Assembly: GCF_009914755.1 (NCBI RefSeq)
Contig: NC_060926.1
DNA: 64,000 nt
DNA from: the human T2T-CHM13v2.0 reference genome, Homo sapiens
Reading direction: 5' to 3' (one strand)
Each line of letters opens with the position of its first letter. The first letter of the stretch is position 1. A model generated the notes under the pieces. That model was not told the DNA's origin and did no database searches. It saw only the letters and a list, made by a program, of their open reading frames with translations. The position numbers and the translations under genes were made by a program. Shown piece after piece: positions 42,944 through 55,917 of this stretch.

Positions 42944-43962
42944 AATTCCTGGAGCTTTTTACTGCTACAGACTGCCATGTGATTCAAATTAGGCTTTCAG
43001 AATGACCTCCTACTCCACAGAACTCCATTTTCACTGTCAGCCACAGTCCTAGAAATTCCACCCTTAGAAAGTCTTTCCTGTAAGTTAAACCTTGTTATGA
43101 GTAGTTAAAATACAGATGTCCTAGAGAAGGGCCATACCATCTTATCAGTCATGTGAACCTCAGTATAAATGAAATTTATGAGAGCTTTTTTTTGGAACAG
43201 ACTGTCATTGGAGAGGGAGGAAAGAATATGGGGGCCCTGGACATCCTAGGGCAGGCAAAGGGCTCCATGTCGGGAGGCTAGGGACAGACATGTCTCAGGG
43301 ACTCAGGTTTTTCTATAGGTGAGCCCTGAATGCCATTTTAAGTACATTCTACCCAGGTTGTTAGTGTTAAAATATTTGGATATGTTGAGGTTCTTCATAT
43401 GTTAGTATCAACTCACAGGGCAGATTTATGTTTCAGAGTACCTATCATATAACCAGGAGCTTACTAAATAATGAAATACAGTATTATTGGTCATTACCTG
43501 TATTAAATAGGTTTATTCATCCATTGATATCCACCTTTTTGAAAAAAGGTTTGAAGTCAGTCTATAATATATATTATATGTTTTACTTATAGCTTACTTT
43601 GGGCAGTAGTAGTAGTGGTAACAATAATCATTATAATATCTTAGATGCTGCTTCCTCCAGGAAGTCTTCCCGGATCCTCCAAATCCAGCTACACATAGCT
43701 TTCTATGTGCATCTGTAGTGTGTTGCCTGCACCTTCCTCAGCCAGCACCTAACACACTATTTGGTATTTTCCTATTTGTTTATCTGTCTCTTTCACTATC
43801 TTTCTCAGATAAGATTCCTCATCTGACCACAGAACAACAACAACAACAAAAAACCGACACGAGTGAACTGTTTTCTGAGTTCTCCTAAAGATGGTACATG
43901 ATTGGTAATTTTAGATAAACAGGAGAGAAGTTAAATCGTTATAATTAATGGATGTCCTAGAT

Positions 43963-44162
43963 CAAGGGTCGACGACTTTCTTTAAAGGATCAGAGAGTAA
44001 ATATTTTTAGCTTTGCGGGCCACAGAGTCTCTGCGAAAACAACTTGGCTCTACCATTGTAGTGCAAAAGCAGCCATAGACAATACAAATAAACAAATTTA
44101 TTTATAAACAAAGGCAGTGACTGAGATTTGGCCCTGGGGCTGCGGTTTACTGGTGATCCCTG
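43963..44162 (+). mobile_element. MER58A
   Basis: GTAAATATTTTTAGCTTTGCGGGCCACA...GTAGTGCAAAAGCAGCCATAGACAATAC; ends CAAGGGTC / GATCCCTG. Confidence 0.85.
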
Positions 44163-44332
44163 TGGCTTAGGGCTTGAGAGTTTACTCCTCTCTCAGAAGC
44201 TGGCTGAGGAGGTATCAGACTGACTGCATGTGAGCTTGATGCAGGCAGAGATTCTGACTTGCTTCCCACCTTTCCCCTGGTGGCTGGCCCTGTCCTGGTA
44301 CACAGTAACTGCTCAACAAATATTAGCTCTTG

Positions 44333-44700
44333 TTCATTCATTCATTCAACAAGAATTTGTTGAGTGCCTGTTGTGAGCCAGGCATGATTCGAGGAGCTTG
44401 GGATATGTGAGCACAGAAAACAGATAAGGTCTCTGTCCTCATGGAGCTCACATTTTAGCAAGGGAAGACAAATAATACGCAAGAAACAGTAAATCATAAA
44501 TGGTGGGGTATGTGATAAGATGATAAAGGCCACGGAAAAAGAGACATTACTAAGCAAGGTAAGGGGCATTGGAATTCCCTGGGGAGGTGCGGAGTGGCCA
44601 GGTTGGGGTGTTATGTGGGCTGGTCAGCACTGGCCTCGTTGAGAGGGTGAGGTTTGAGCAAAGACTTGAAGGAGGTCATGGAGTCAGCCTAGTGGCTGGC
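44333..44700 (-). mobile_element. L2a-like 3' end, tail-to-tail with a + strand MIR/L2 tail (44290-44332)
   Basis: TTCATTCATTCATTCAACAAG...TTGAGTGCCTG...CTCATGGAGCTCACATT; TTTGAGCAAAGACTTGAAGGAGG. Confidence 0.85.
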
Positions 44701-45123
44701 CTGAAATACCCTCTCTCCTACCTCTCACCGTCTCCACTATCAGCTTTCTTTCTACGCAGATAAGAGTCTCTCTTCCCCCAAAGTCGTGTAGTAGGAAGCG
44801 CTCGGGGCTTCAAGGGACCTGGATTCCAGGCATGGCTCTGCTGGTGACCTCGGTGGGCTCTTTCTGCTCTGCAAGTCATAAGGCCACTTGGGGCCTGCTG
44901 GCCCCTGCCTTCTCAGAACAACGATTTTGCTTTGAGCCTGTGCACATGGCATTCATTGTGTAGCAGTTTCATGGGGTGGTCTTAGCTTCAAGGAAAACCT
45001 CCTGGAAGGCAGGGGCCATCTCACACTTTTTATATCTGCTGTATAGCAGGTGGCACCATGTGGGCTGCGCAGTTGAGGCTGGGTAATTATGAAGTGCAGT
45101 CCAGTGGAAAACATTAAACCCTG

Positions 45124-45420
<297 letters not shown>

Positions 45421-45718
45421 TTAAACTCTGAAATTCAGTTCCATGTCTATAGTTGAGCCTGATTTTACGTAATGCTTGCAGTCCTGAAAGACAGTATACT
45501 CATCCGTGTAAACGGGGGGGTTGTCTGCGTTAAGTGGTGTGAGCCTTGGAAGTTAGCAAATGCCAGTGAGAGAAGAAGCAGCTTGATGGTATGACTGGGA
45601 ATCTGACAAACACAAAAGGAGATGAGGTTACACAGGTCCGTGTGTTCTCCGCCTTCCTGGAGCAACAGGACTTTTGGCCTGGGCCTCTGTTGTGTGTTAA
45701 GAGAACCCTGAGCCTGAG

Positions 45719-46100
45719 TGTAGGGGTGGATTTTTTGATGCGCAGATCCCCCCTGCAGGCCTGAAGTACTCACTCCCCAACTGCTGGGAGTGTGGGCTGC
45801 TGACAGCTTGCAGCTGCGCCCCTCCTCCCCAGGACTATTGCCTCAGCAGAAGAGAAGCCCCTTCCTGAGGGCAGCCCTCATGGAAAGACTGGTTTATGGG
45901 AAAGGTCTAGCCTCCTTTCCCCAAAATGAGACAGTTCTCCAAGTCCATCCTCGCTGTAGAGCTCCCCTCGGGATTGCCTAGGACTTTTGTTACAGCTGCG
46001 TCGCAGCCCACCTGTTCCCTCTGCCCAGTCCTGCTTCTATCACCCCTTCCACCTAGATTGTTTCTGAGAACAGTCTTCAATAAACCTCCTACATGCTAAT
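45719..46100 (+). mobile_element. LTR16C-like ERVL solo LTR
   Basis: CAGATCCCCCCTGCAGG...CTGCTGGGAGTGTGGGCTGCTGACAGC; CAATAAACCTCCTACATGCTAATCTCC...CAGAGTC. Confidence 0.8.
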
Positions 46101-46419
46101 CTCCCTCTCAGAGTCACTGGGCCAGGCCAGCATCTGGTGGAAACAGTGGCCTGTGATGTGGGCAGGTCCCTTGGAGCCCTGGGCGCATGATGTGATTGCA
46201 ACACCACATGTGGTCCATCACCCCTGCAGGCTGGTTTGGTTCCACGCATGGCAAGTCTGCCATATCTCCCACCACTAGAGGTTTCCAGCTTGAGTTAGAC
46301 ATCGTCCTCCTGATGCAGGCTCTCCTTTGGCTCAGAGTCCTCAGAGACTATCACTTCCATATGAACAAATATATCTCGGAACTGTTTAGTTGCAAAAAGG
46401 AACAATCAAAGCAGCTGTA

Positions 46420-46655
46420 AGACAGCTTGTAGTACAGTTTGGGGTCAAGACCATAGACTTTGGGTTTGAATTTTGCCTCCTCCATGGATTAGCTTTGGTC
46501 ACCATAGGCAAGTCATTTGACTTTTCTGTACCCAGGCTCCATCACCTGTAAAATGGTGGTAATGGTAGCATTCACCTCATAGCATTGTTTTGCAGATTAA
46601 GTGAAGTGGTGCCGAGGTGCCTGGCACAGGCCTGTGTGAGTGTTGGCTCTTAGCA
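46420..46655 (+). mobile_element. MIR
   Basis: TGGGTTTGAATTTTGCCTC...GGCAAGTCATTTGAC...CTGTAAAATGG. Confidence 0.75.
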
Positions 46656-46909
46656 GATTTGTGGAAGGGAAAGGAGCTCAGGGAGATGGGAAGTGGCAGG
46701 AAAGCAAAGTGTTGGAGGAACCAAAGAGAAAATAACTCTTAGAACATGAACATTTTGTGCACTTGTCTGAAGGTGCACATGGGAATGAATGAGGAAGGCA
46801 AGCCGGATCCTTATTCTGGGGAACATAGACGCCAGGCAGGAGGTAAGGATGAGAGGATAAAGGCCAAGGCTTTCATTCTTGAGTTGCGGAGGGTTGTGGA
46901 GAAAGGAAA

Positions 46910-47460
<551 letters not shown>

Positions 47461-48834
47461 TAAAGCATTTTTCTTCACTACTGTTGTGTGCCAGGGCTTG
47501 AAGGGCAGTTGCTTACAGAAAAATCAGTCTATTAGGCAAATTAGACGTGGAGCAGTCACCTCTTCCAGGAAGGCTTTCCTAAGTTCCCCTGCCCTGGAGT
47601 CTACTCCTCGCTCTGACTTCCTGACACTGCCTGCCTCTCCATCAACTTTAAAACTCCTCTCACTTTCTACCATGTGTTGTGGTTCGCAGTGGGGCTATCC
47701 TCATTCCTCTTACAGTCAAGTTTCTGGAGAACAGGAAGGGCTGAACCTCTTTCCTCTCATTGTCCTGCATGTGCGCCTTCCTTGAGCATCCTCCAGTAGG
47801 TGTGAAGGACATTTCTGTGGGAAGAATTTATGGATAGGAACACTAGGCAGTGATGGTAAGCGACTGTGGATTCTGCATCCTCAGAGGCTTCAGAAGTCTG
47901 ATGGAGGTAAGGATCATTTTGGTTTAAGGTGATCAGGGGAGACTTCACTGAGTGGATAAAGCCCAAATCCCAGTCCCAGAAAATGGGAATGATTGGGGGA
48001 ATGAGCAGATGGAAGAGGGGCCCGGCCATGCTGAAAGGGAGCTGCCGCCTTCAGGAGATGGACGGTCGTCGGTCATCGTGCATCTCTCTGCCTGTGTGCT
48101 GTCAGGCCCCACACCTGGCCACCGGCATCTCCCCTGCAGCATGGGGTTGGGGGCTGGACGACTCTCTCCAAGGAAGTGTGGTTATGCTAGCCTTGCCAAC
48201 TTGAGACCAAATGTTTCTCCCACGCAGCTGTCTTCAAAATGAAATCCTGAGAAGGAGGTGGGTGAGCGAGCGAGCAAGCATGAATTACCCTTGGCCCACG
48301 TCTTGGCTCACTTACAGATTCCTCTCATCTTCTGGATAAATCAGGAACTCCCAAACACTCTTCAAGGAGTCATCCCTCACTCCCCACCCTGCCTGAAGCC
48401 AGGCGGAATCAGGCCTGCCAGTCCTGGAACACGCTGTGCTCTTCTTCGGAGCACTCAGACATCCACTACCTGTCCAGCCTTTGTGCGGGTGGGAACAGTG
48501 TCCCCATTCACGAAGCGGGAGACCCGGAGTGGGGCTGATTTGCCAACGGCCCGGGGCTCCTCCTCGCAACTGCCCAGCGGAGGACCTCTCGGCTCCTTTT
48601 CTGCCTCTTTCCAGGTGTATCCTCTCGCCTGTGATGTGTAGATGTTCCCCAAGCGTCTGCCCTACCTGGCCCCCTTCTCCCCTGGAGCCTTAAGACACAG
48701 AATGTCAGGGTGGAGTCAGGTCCAATCACATGCTCTCTGCATGTCCCCTTGCCCTCAGGTGTGCTCTCCTTGCTCTGTCCGCAGAGCTTGTCTTGCCCGG
48801 GGCCCTCCCTCACCTCCACCTGGGGCCTAAGACT

Positions 48835-49685
48835 CACCCCCTCTGCTGACTTGCGTACATTGCCAAGTGCTTCTTGGACATTTCAACCTGGACATCGCCC
48901 CAAGTTCAACAAAACCAGGAACAAATTTACATCCCTCCCCCAACCTTAGCAACCCTTCCGGATTATACAGCACCTCCATTCTTCCATCTCCCTGGCTTGA
49001 ACCCTTTGTTTCATTCCTTTTCCCCATGTGCTCAACACCTGCTGGCAGGTCCTGACAGCCTCCTATGCCAGCGTCCTCCTCTCCACAGTCCTGCTGCAGG
49101 CGACGCAAACCTTTTGTCTGGGCTCTTGGAATTTTCTCCTAACTGGCCTCCCTGCTGCCAATCTCTCCCACCTCTAGCTTCATCCTGCAACTATTACCAG
49201 ATTTACAGTTTTAATTATGTTAATTAAAATCATTAATTAACATAGTTTTAATGATGTTATTTTTCAGGGTTTTCTCTTTGCTTTAGCATTAAGCAATGAC
49301 TTCTTGCATAGCAACTAGAGCCTTTTATGGCATTTACCCAGTCTTTCTGACTTAATTTCTTTACACCTGTAGATAAAGTACACTTCAGCCAGAAGAGCTG
49401 ATTTGCTGTTTTCTTCTTAAGCTGTGTATTTCCTTCCTCTCTGCCTTTGCTCATGCCTTGCCTTCCCCGAAATGCCCTTCCTCCTCTCCTCCACTGTTTG
49501 AAATCCCACTGTTTTCAGATAACCTGTCTTCAAGGGTCTTTTTCTGATTTTTGCAACCAGACGTGTTTTCTCTTTCTTTTGGATTGCCTTTATGATGGAG
49601 ATTATATCTTGTCATTCTTTATATAACCACAGATCTTAGCCTTGTACGTTGTTCTCAGTATTGGCTGAATTGTACTGAATTTGAG
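48835..49685 (+). mobile_element. L2 fragment
   Basis: CTTCTTGGACATTTCAACCTGGACATC; TTTGCTCATGCC...GAAATGCCCTTCC; tail-like CTGAATTG. Confidence 0.6.
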
Positions 49686-50604
49686 CATCTTGGGAAGGAT
49701 CAGTGTGAGTTTCTATGAGGGCCTAAGGTGTGAATAACTCTGAGATGTTTGATTGTCATATATGGCCTAAGTGTTTTGCTTTTAACCTTACAGTTATTGG
49801 GCATTAAGATATGACAGCTCTTAAAAGTACAGGATTGGAAAGCATGTTTCTAGAGACTGAAATAGATGAATTTTAATATCCAACAGCTATGTAGTTTTTA
49901 CACGGCTCAATCACAGCTGTTATTTCGTGATCTTCGCCACACTTCAAAGTAATAGGTAGTTCATGCATTATTTTTATTAAGCAAATTAAGGGGCAGTATT
50001 GGTTCATGTACCAGTCCAAGGATAGATGGAAGCAAAGTGGGATGACAGTGCTCATATGAAGTCATCATATTGCTGTCATTGTCCCTCCAGGCTGCTGTCT
50101 TCTGGCTGGCTGTATTCTCAGACAAGATCTTCCCAAGTGGTGGCACAAATGGCCACCAGCCTCTCCAGGCTTAAATTCAACTATTAATATTTTAGGAACC
50201 TACAGAATGATACGAGAGGGTATCTCTCCTGGTAGCTTTAGCAGAAGTCACTGGGAAGGCCCGTCTTTGGTCCACTGCTGTGGCTGGGTCTGGACATCAT
50301 TGGACAGAGGAGAAAATTATGAGCCTTGGAAAAGCTAAGTGACTTTTCTAAGATCACACAGAAGACTGAAGTGCCTGTCTTGTGACCAAGAGTGTCTCTG
50401 TGTGAGCCCTTTTTTGAGTTTAGGGGCAGCTGTTGGCTCAGTCGCAAAGGGAACAGATTGTATATTTGGGGTTTCAACTTTCCTTTTTCTGTACCCTTTT
50501 ACAGCCTGCAGAGGACTCAGCTAATTCTGAAGACTCATCTAATGTCCAGTCTCTTAAAATTCTGTTTCCTCCCTTCCTTTTTAAAAACCTGACGTTTATA
50601 TAAA

Positions 50605-50912
50605 AAAAATTATGTTCAGTGAAAGAAGCCAGACTGAAAAGGCTATATACTGTATTATCTCATGTATGTGGCTCTCTGGAGAAGACAAAATTCTAGGGTT
50701 AGGAAATAGATCAATGGCTGCCAGGAGTGGGGTGGGGGTACGAGATTGAGTACAAAGGGGCCCAGGGAATTTTTTGAGGCATGAACTGTTTAGATCTTGA
50801 TGGTGGTGGTGGTTACAAGACTGTATATATTTGTCAAAATCCACAGAACTCTACACTAAAAAGGGAAAATTTCACAGTATGTAAATTATACTTGAATAAA
50901 AACAACAAAAAA
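50605..50912 (+). mobile_element. L1ME1-like 3' end
   Basis: GTGAAAGAAGCCAGAC...ATTTGTCAAAATCCACAGAACT...GTAAATTATACTTGAATAAA. Confidence 0.8.
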
Positions 50913-51073
50913 CCTTAAATCCTCTTTAGGCCTGTTTGACAATGGGATTTGCATCTTAATGAGCATCAATACTGTAGCTGTGATGAACTAAGTAGCTTTG
51001 AGATACACCATAATCTAATATCAAGAACAAGAAACCACAAAGTGTTAGATTCATTCAAGAATAATTGGCTGTC

Positions 51074-51199
51074 AGCCAGGCATGGTGGCTTGTGCCTATA
51101 GCCCCAACTACCTGGGAGGCTGAGGCTGGGGGATCACTTGAGCCCAGGAGTTTAAGACCAGCCTGGGCAACATGAGACCCCATCTCAAAAAAAAAAAAA
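51074..51199 (+). mobile_element. FLAM_A-like Alu monomer
   Basis: Single monomer with A13 tail. Confidence 0.88.
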
Positions 51200-53087
51200 G
51201 GACTTATTCACTGGAAAATGAACAAGTTGTCCCTGAACTGAGTAAACCAGTGGCCCTTATGCTGCTGCCACTATCTGACTGGAGCAGTGAAGCTGTGCCC
51301 CTAACTCTCCTTCCTTGGGCTTAGTCAGGAGTCCCTAGGGAATGTGGGAATCTGGGATGGAGGCAGAGGGCTTAGGGCAATATTCAGGAGGAAGCATCAT
51401 TATCTCCACTCCAATTCTGTAGCAAGAATGATCCTTCCTAGCCAGTTGATAGGCTGGAAGGGGAGAGGAAAAGTCTGGCATTCAGGGTTCAGCATTGTTT
51501 CTCCTTTATGCTCTTTCCCCCTCACTCCTCTCCCTCCCCAACCACCTGACACGTTCTTTAGGCCCCACTTGGACGCACCCTTCCCCCTGCCCATTGCAAG
51601 CCCTCCTCAAACAGAGCATCCTCAGCTCCAGGAATCTCCCCAGGGGCCTGACTTTTCAGTCTTTTCCATTCCAGTTTTTGTATTCCCCATTCTCTCAAAC
51701 TCCTCCCTAGTTACTTCTAGCTCATCTCATTACAATCTGAGCATTTTCCTTTTTCATTCATGTCTGGTTATTCACTTCGAACACTACACTCCCAAATGTT
51801 TCAGTCTCTCCCTGCCTCATTCTGATTCTACCTGGGTTCATCTCAGACCACAGTTGTTTGAAAGTGCAGTATTACAAGGAGATACTGTATAACATGCAGA
51901 TTACAGAGTGGTTTGTGAAGTTTTAGTAGCCTTCTGCTCAGTGAAAGTCTTTACTGACATGGAGGTAATAAATACTTTCCATTGTAGATATTACATTTTC
52001 TGATATAAAACATCTGATGAAAAAATCTCTCTATATAAGATGCAAACACTTTTATTTTTTCTGAAATGATCTTTTTGTGAAAAAATTAAAAAGGTTGCTC
52101 ACCAGTTGCTAAAATTAAATGCGGAAATTTCCTTAGTGGAATTGATACATTTGAATGCTGGCTTCGGGGATCCCAAATGTGATTGCTTCTATCGGTGCCT
52201 GTAAAGGAGTCTGTAATTATGGAAGCAGTCTTAGGCTGTAGGTAAGATCTGGAGCCAGGGTGGACCTTTGTATGTTCAGCAATGAGGGGATATTTTTGAT
52301 GAGCTGGAATATCCAATTGAACAGCTGTAACAAAGTTTCTGAGAATCTTTTCCTCATGGTTGTTTATAGTTTGCTTCCAGCACACCCAGATCTGACACTT
52401 TCTGGCCTTAAAGTTGCATAAAACACCCTGTCAGTTGTAGGCAGTAAGACAGGGTCTTGGGCCGACTGGGGACAAATATCAGAATCTTCCTGGGGCCAGT
52501 AGCACCAGAATGGGGCCTGGCAGACAGAGAGCCAAGGTTCTTCTGGGAGAAACCAGCAATGCTCTGGTGGAACGAGGTCTGTTCTCCACGTCTGACACGG
52601 TCCTCAGCCAGTTTCTACCAATCAGATTGGAGCCTTTGCCGGCTCAGCCTGGCAGATGGGCATGTGCACGTTTTGGGCATGTGCAAGTTTTGGGCCTGTG
52701 CCCAGGCTGTAAGGTACTGCTGACAGGCTGCGGGCTGTGGTCTTGGAAGGGAAGGTTCAAGGGGTGGTGCAAGGCTAGTACAGCCTGTGCTGGATTACCC
52801 AGGAAAGCTGCCAGCATGACCACTGGGTGACCAGAGAAGCTCAACAGGTCTTCTCTGTTCCAGCACAGTCCTCTCAGTGGGCATGTGGAGAGCTACCAGA
52901 AGGCCATGGGTTACCCAGGGTCTCTCCTTTAAAGAGGGCGGAAGTCCCCTGTAATGCTTGTTACCTGGTCAGCCTGAGGGCACTTGACTGTGTGTCCTAT
53001 GCTGCAAGGGATGTAGGAAGGCAGGCTGTGGTTAGAGTGTGGGCTTTCTGTGTTCTTGCTTCCAGGTGCTCTCCATCTCATTCTTGG

Positions 53088-54457
53088 GAATTTCTCGGAT
53101 ATCACACGAAAAGCACAGGCAACAAAAGCAAAAATAACAAGTGGGACTATGTCAAACTAAAAAGCTTCTGCACGGCAAAGAAAACAATCAACAAAACGAA
53201 AAGGAAACCCACAGAATGGGAGAAAATATTTGCAAACCATATATCCAATAAGGGTAACTATCCAAAATATATAAGGAACTTACATAACTCAATAGAAAAA
53301 AAAACACCACACAACTGGATTAAAACCTGTGCAAAAGGTGGCTTGCACCTATAATTCCAGCTACTTGGGAGGCTGAGGCAGGAGGATTGCTTGAGCCCAG
53401 GATTTCAAGGCTGCGATGAGCTATGATCATGCCACTGTACTCCAGCCTGGGTGACAGAGAACCTATCTCTAAAAAGAAAAAAAAAAAAACTAGGCAAAAG
53501 TCTTGAATGTACATTTTTCCAAAGAAGACAGACATATACCAACAGGTATATGAAAGGGTGTTCCACATCACTAATCATCAGAGAAATGCAAATCAAAGCC
53601 ACAATGAGCTATCACCTCACACCTGTAAGAATCAGTATTATCAAAAAGATAATACTGCATGTTGGTGAGGATGTGGAGATAACATGTTGGTGAGGATGTG
53701 GAGAAAAAGGAATCCCTTTACATTGTTGGTGATAATGTAAGTTGGTACAACCATTATGAAAGACAGTATGGAGGTTCCTTTAAAAATCAGAGAATGACCT
53801 TATGATCCAGCAATCGCACTTCTGGGTGTGTATCCAAAGGAAATAAAATCACTGTCTCAAAGAGAAATCTGCACTTTCGTGTTCACTGCAGCATTATTTA
53901 CAGTAGCCAAGATATGGAAACAACCTAAGTGTCTGTTGACAGATGGAAGGATTTTAAAAATGGAATATTATTCAGCCTTAAAGCAGAAGCAAATCCTGCC
54001 ATTTGCAACAACATGGCTGAACCCTGAGGATATTAGGCTAAATGAAATAAGCCAGTCATAGAAAAATAAATATTGCATGATCTCATTTATATGTGGAATC
54101 AAAACAAGTCAGACTCAGAATAGAATGGTAGTTTCCAGGGGCTGGGTGGGGAGTGAGGGTAATGGGGAGATGTTGGTCAAAGGGCACAAACTTTCAATTA
54201 TAAGATGAATAAGTTCTGGAAACCTAATGTACAGCATAATGACTGCAGTTAATAATAATGTATTGTATTCTTGAAATTTGCCAAGAGGGTGGATCTTAAC
54301 TATACTCACCATACAAAAAAGTAGGTGAGGTGAATGTGATAATTAGCTTGATTGTGGTAATTACTTCACAATGTGCACTTATATCAAAACATCGCGGTGT
54401 ACACCTTGAATGTAAACACTTTTTGTCAATTATACCTCAATAAAGTTGAAGAAAAAT
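53088..54457 (+). mobile_element. L1MA9-like 3' fragment (ORF2 C-terminal remnant plus 3'UTR)
   Basis: Translations KWDYVKLKSFCTAK...[27 protein letters not shown] and FTAALFTVAKIWKQPKC; ends TACCTCAATAAAG plus A-rich tail. Confidence 0.92.
53337..53485 (+). mobile_element. FRAM / AluJ right monomer inside L1
   Basis: Degenerate TSD AAAACCTGTGCAAAAG/AAAACTAGGCAAAAG. Confidence 0.88.
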
Positions 54458-55079
54458 AGCCAGGAGCCACCTGATGGAAGTCTTTCTCTCCAGCTATTTC
54501 CCACCCCTCACCGAGAGAGGCCCAGGAGCTTTCGAGAGTAGACTTGATGCTTTTTTGCCTTTGAAGTTGCTCCGGAGAAAGGAACCAGGGGGAGCTGATG
54601 TAGGAAGTTAGCTCATCCCTTCCCACTGAGCCAACTCTGGTTTATCTTTCAGATCCCGCCCTGCCTGGCCACATCTGTGTACATTTACTTATTCCTCACA
54701 TCCGTATTGTGGGCGTGGGTATCTTTTCCCCCGACTGCTTCTTTCAAAACCTTGCCCTAAGCAGGAGGTTTTTAAGACTGTGTTTAGTCCAGATACTTTG
54801 AGCCAACACATCCACATTAGCAGACTCCACAGAGAGCTTGATTCCGGCTCTGGTTCCTACAGATGTTCTGTTGGCTCTTGGGCCCTAGAAATAGGAAACT
54901 GGCCTGGTCAGAGATGGCCCAAGCACCAGCATGACCTCATCCCCAGGCCTGGTGAAGGGCGAACAGACCTGAGTGTACAGGAAGGAGCCTGCCTCCCGGG
55001 AGCTAAGTAGATTGTAGATTTGGCCATTGTGTGTTTTTTTTTTTTTTTTCCAGATAATGCATCTAATAAAAATGATGTA

Positions 55080-55310
55080 TGGGAGAAAGGCAGAGAGTAC
55101 TGGGTTCAAATCCTGGACCACCACAAGCTGAGTAACATTGTCTTTCTTGCTTTATGTTTCTGAGCTTAGTGTCCTTGTCAAATGGGAATAATAACACCAA
55201 CCCTGTTGTTTGTCATGAGACATAATAGATACAATATGCGTAATATTCGTAGCTCAGGCACAGGAAGCCAGGAAGCTCTCAATCAATGGTAGTGGATGTT
55301 ATTAGGACTA
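55080..55310 (+). mobile_element. MIR
   Basis: CTGGGTTCAAATCCTGG...AAATGGGAATAATAACACC...GCTCTCAATCAATGGTAG. Confidence 0.7.
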
Positions 55311-55433
55311 TCAAGTACAGTGTGTGTAGGTATTGTTTTCCAAAAAATTTCCTAGAGAAGGCAATGTTTTTCTCCGAATTCTGGCCACACATCAGAATCA
55401 CATAAAGTAACTTTAAAAACCCAGTTGCCTGGT

Positions 55434-55454
55434 CTTTCTCTCTTTCTTTTCTTT

Positions 55455-55526
<72 letters not shown>

Positions 55527-55627
55527 TTTCTTTCCTTCTTTCTTTCTTTCTTTCTTCCTTCCTTCCTTCCTTCCTTCCTTTTTTTCTTTCTTTCTTTCCT
55601 CCTTACTTCCTTCCTTTCTTTCTTTTG
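55434..55627. repeat. Pyrimidine compound STR including (TTTC)18 at 55453-55524 (expanded Alu tail)
   Basis: Read directly. Confidence 0.95.
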
Positions 55628-55917
<290 letters not shown>

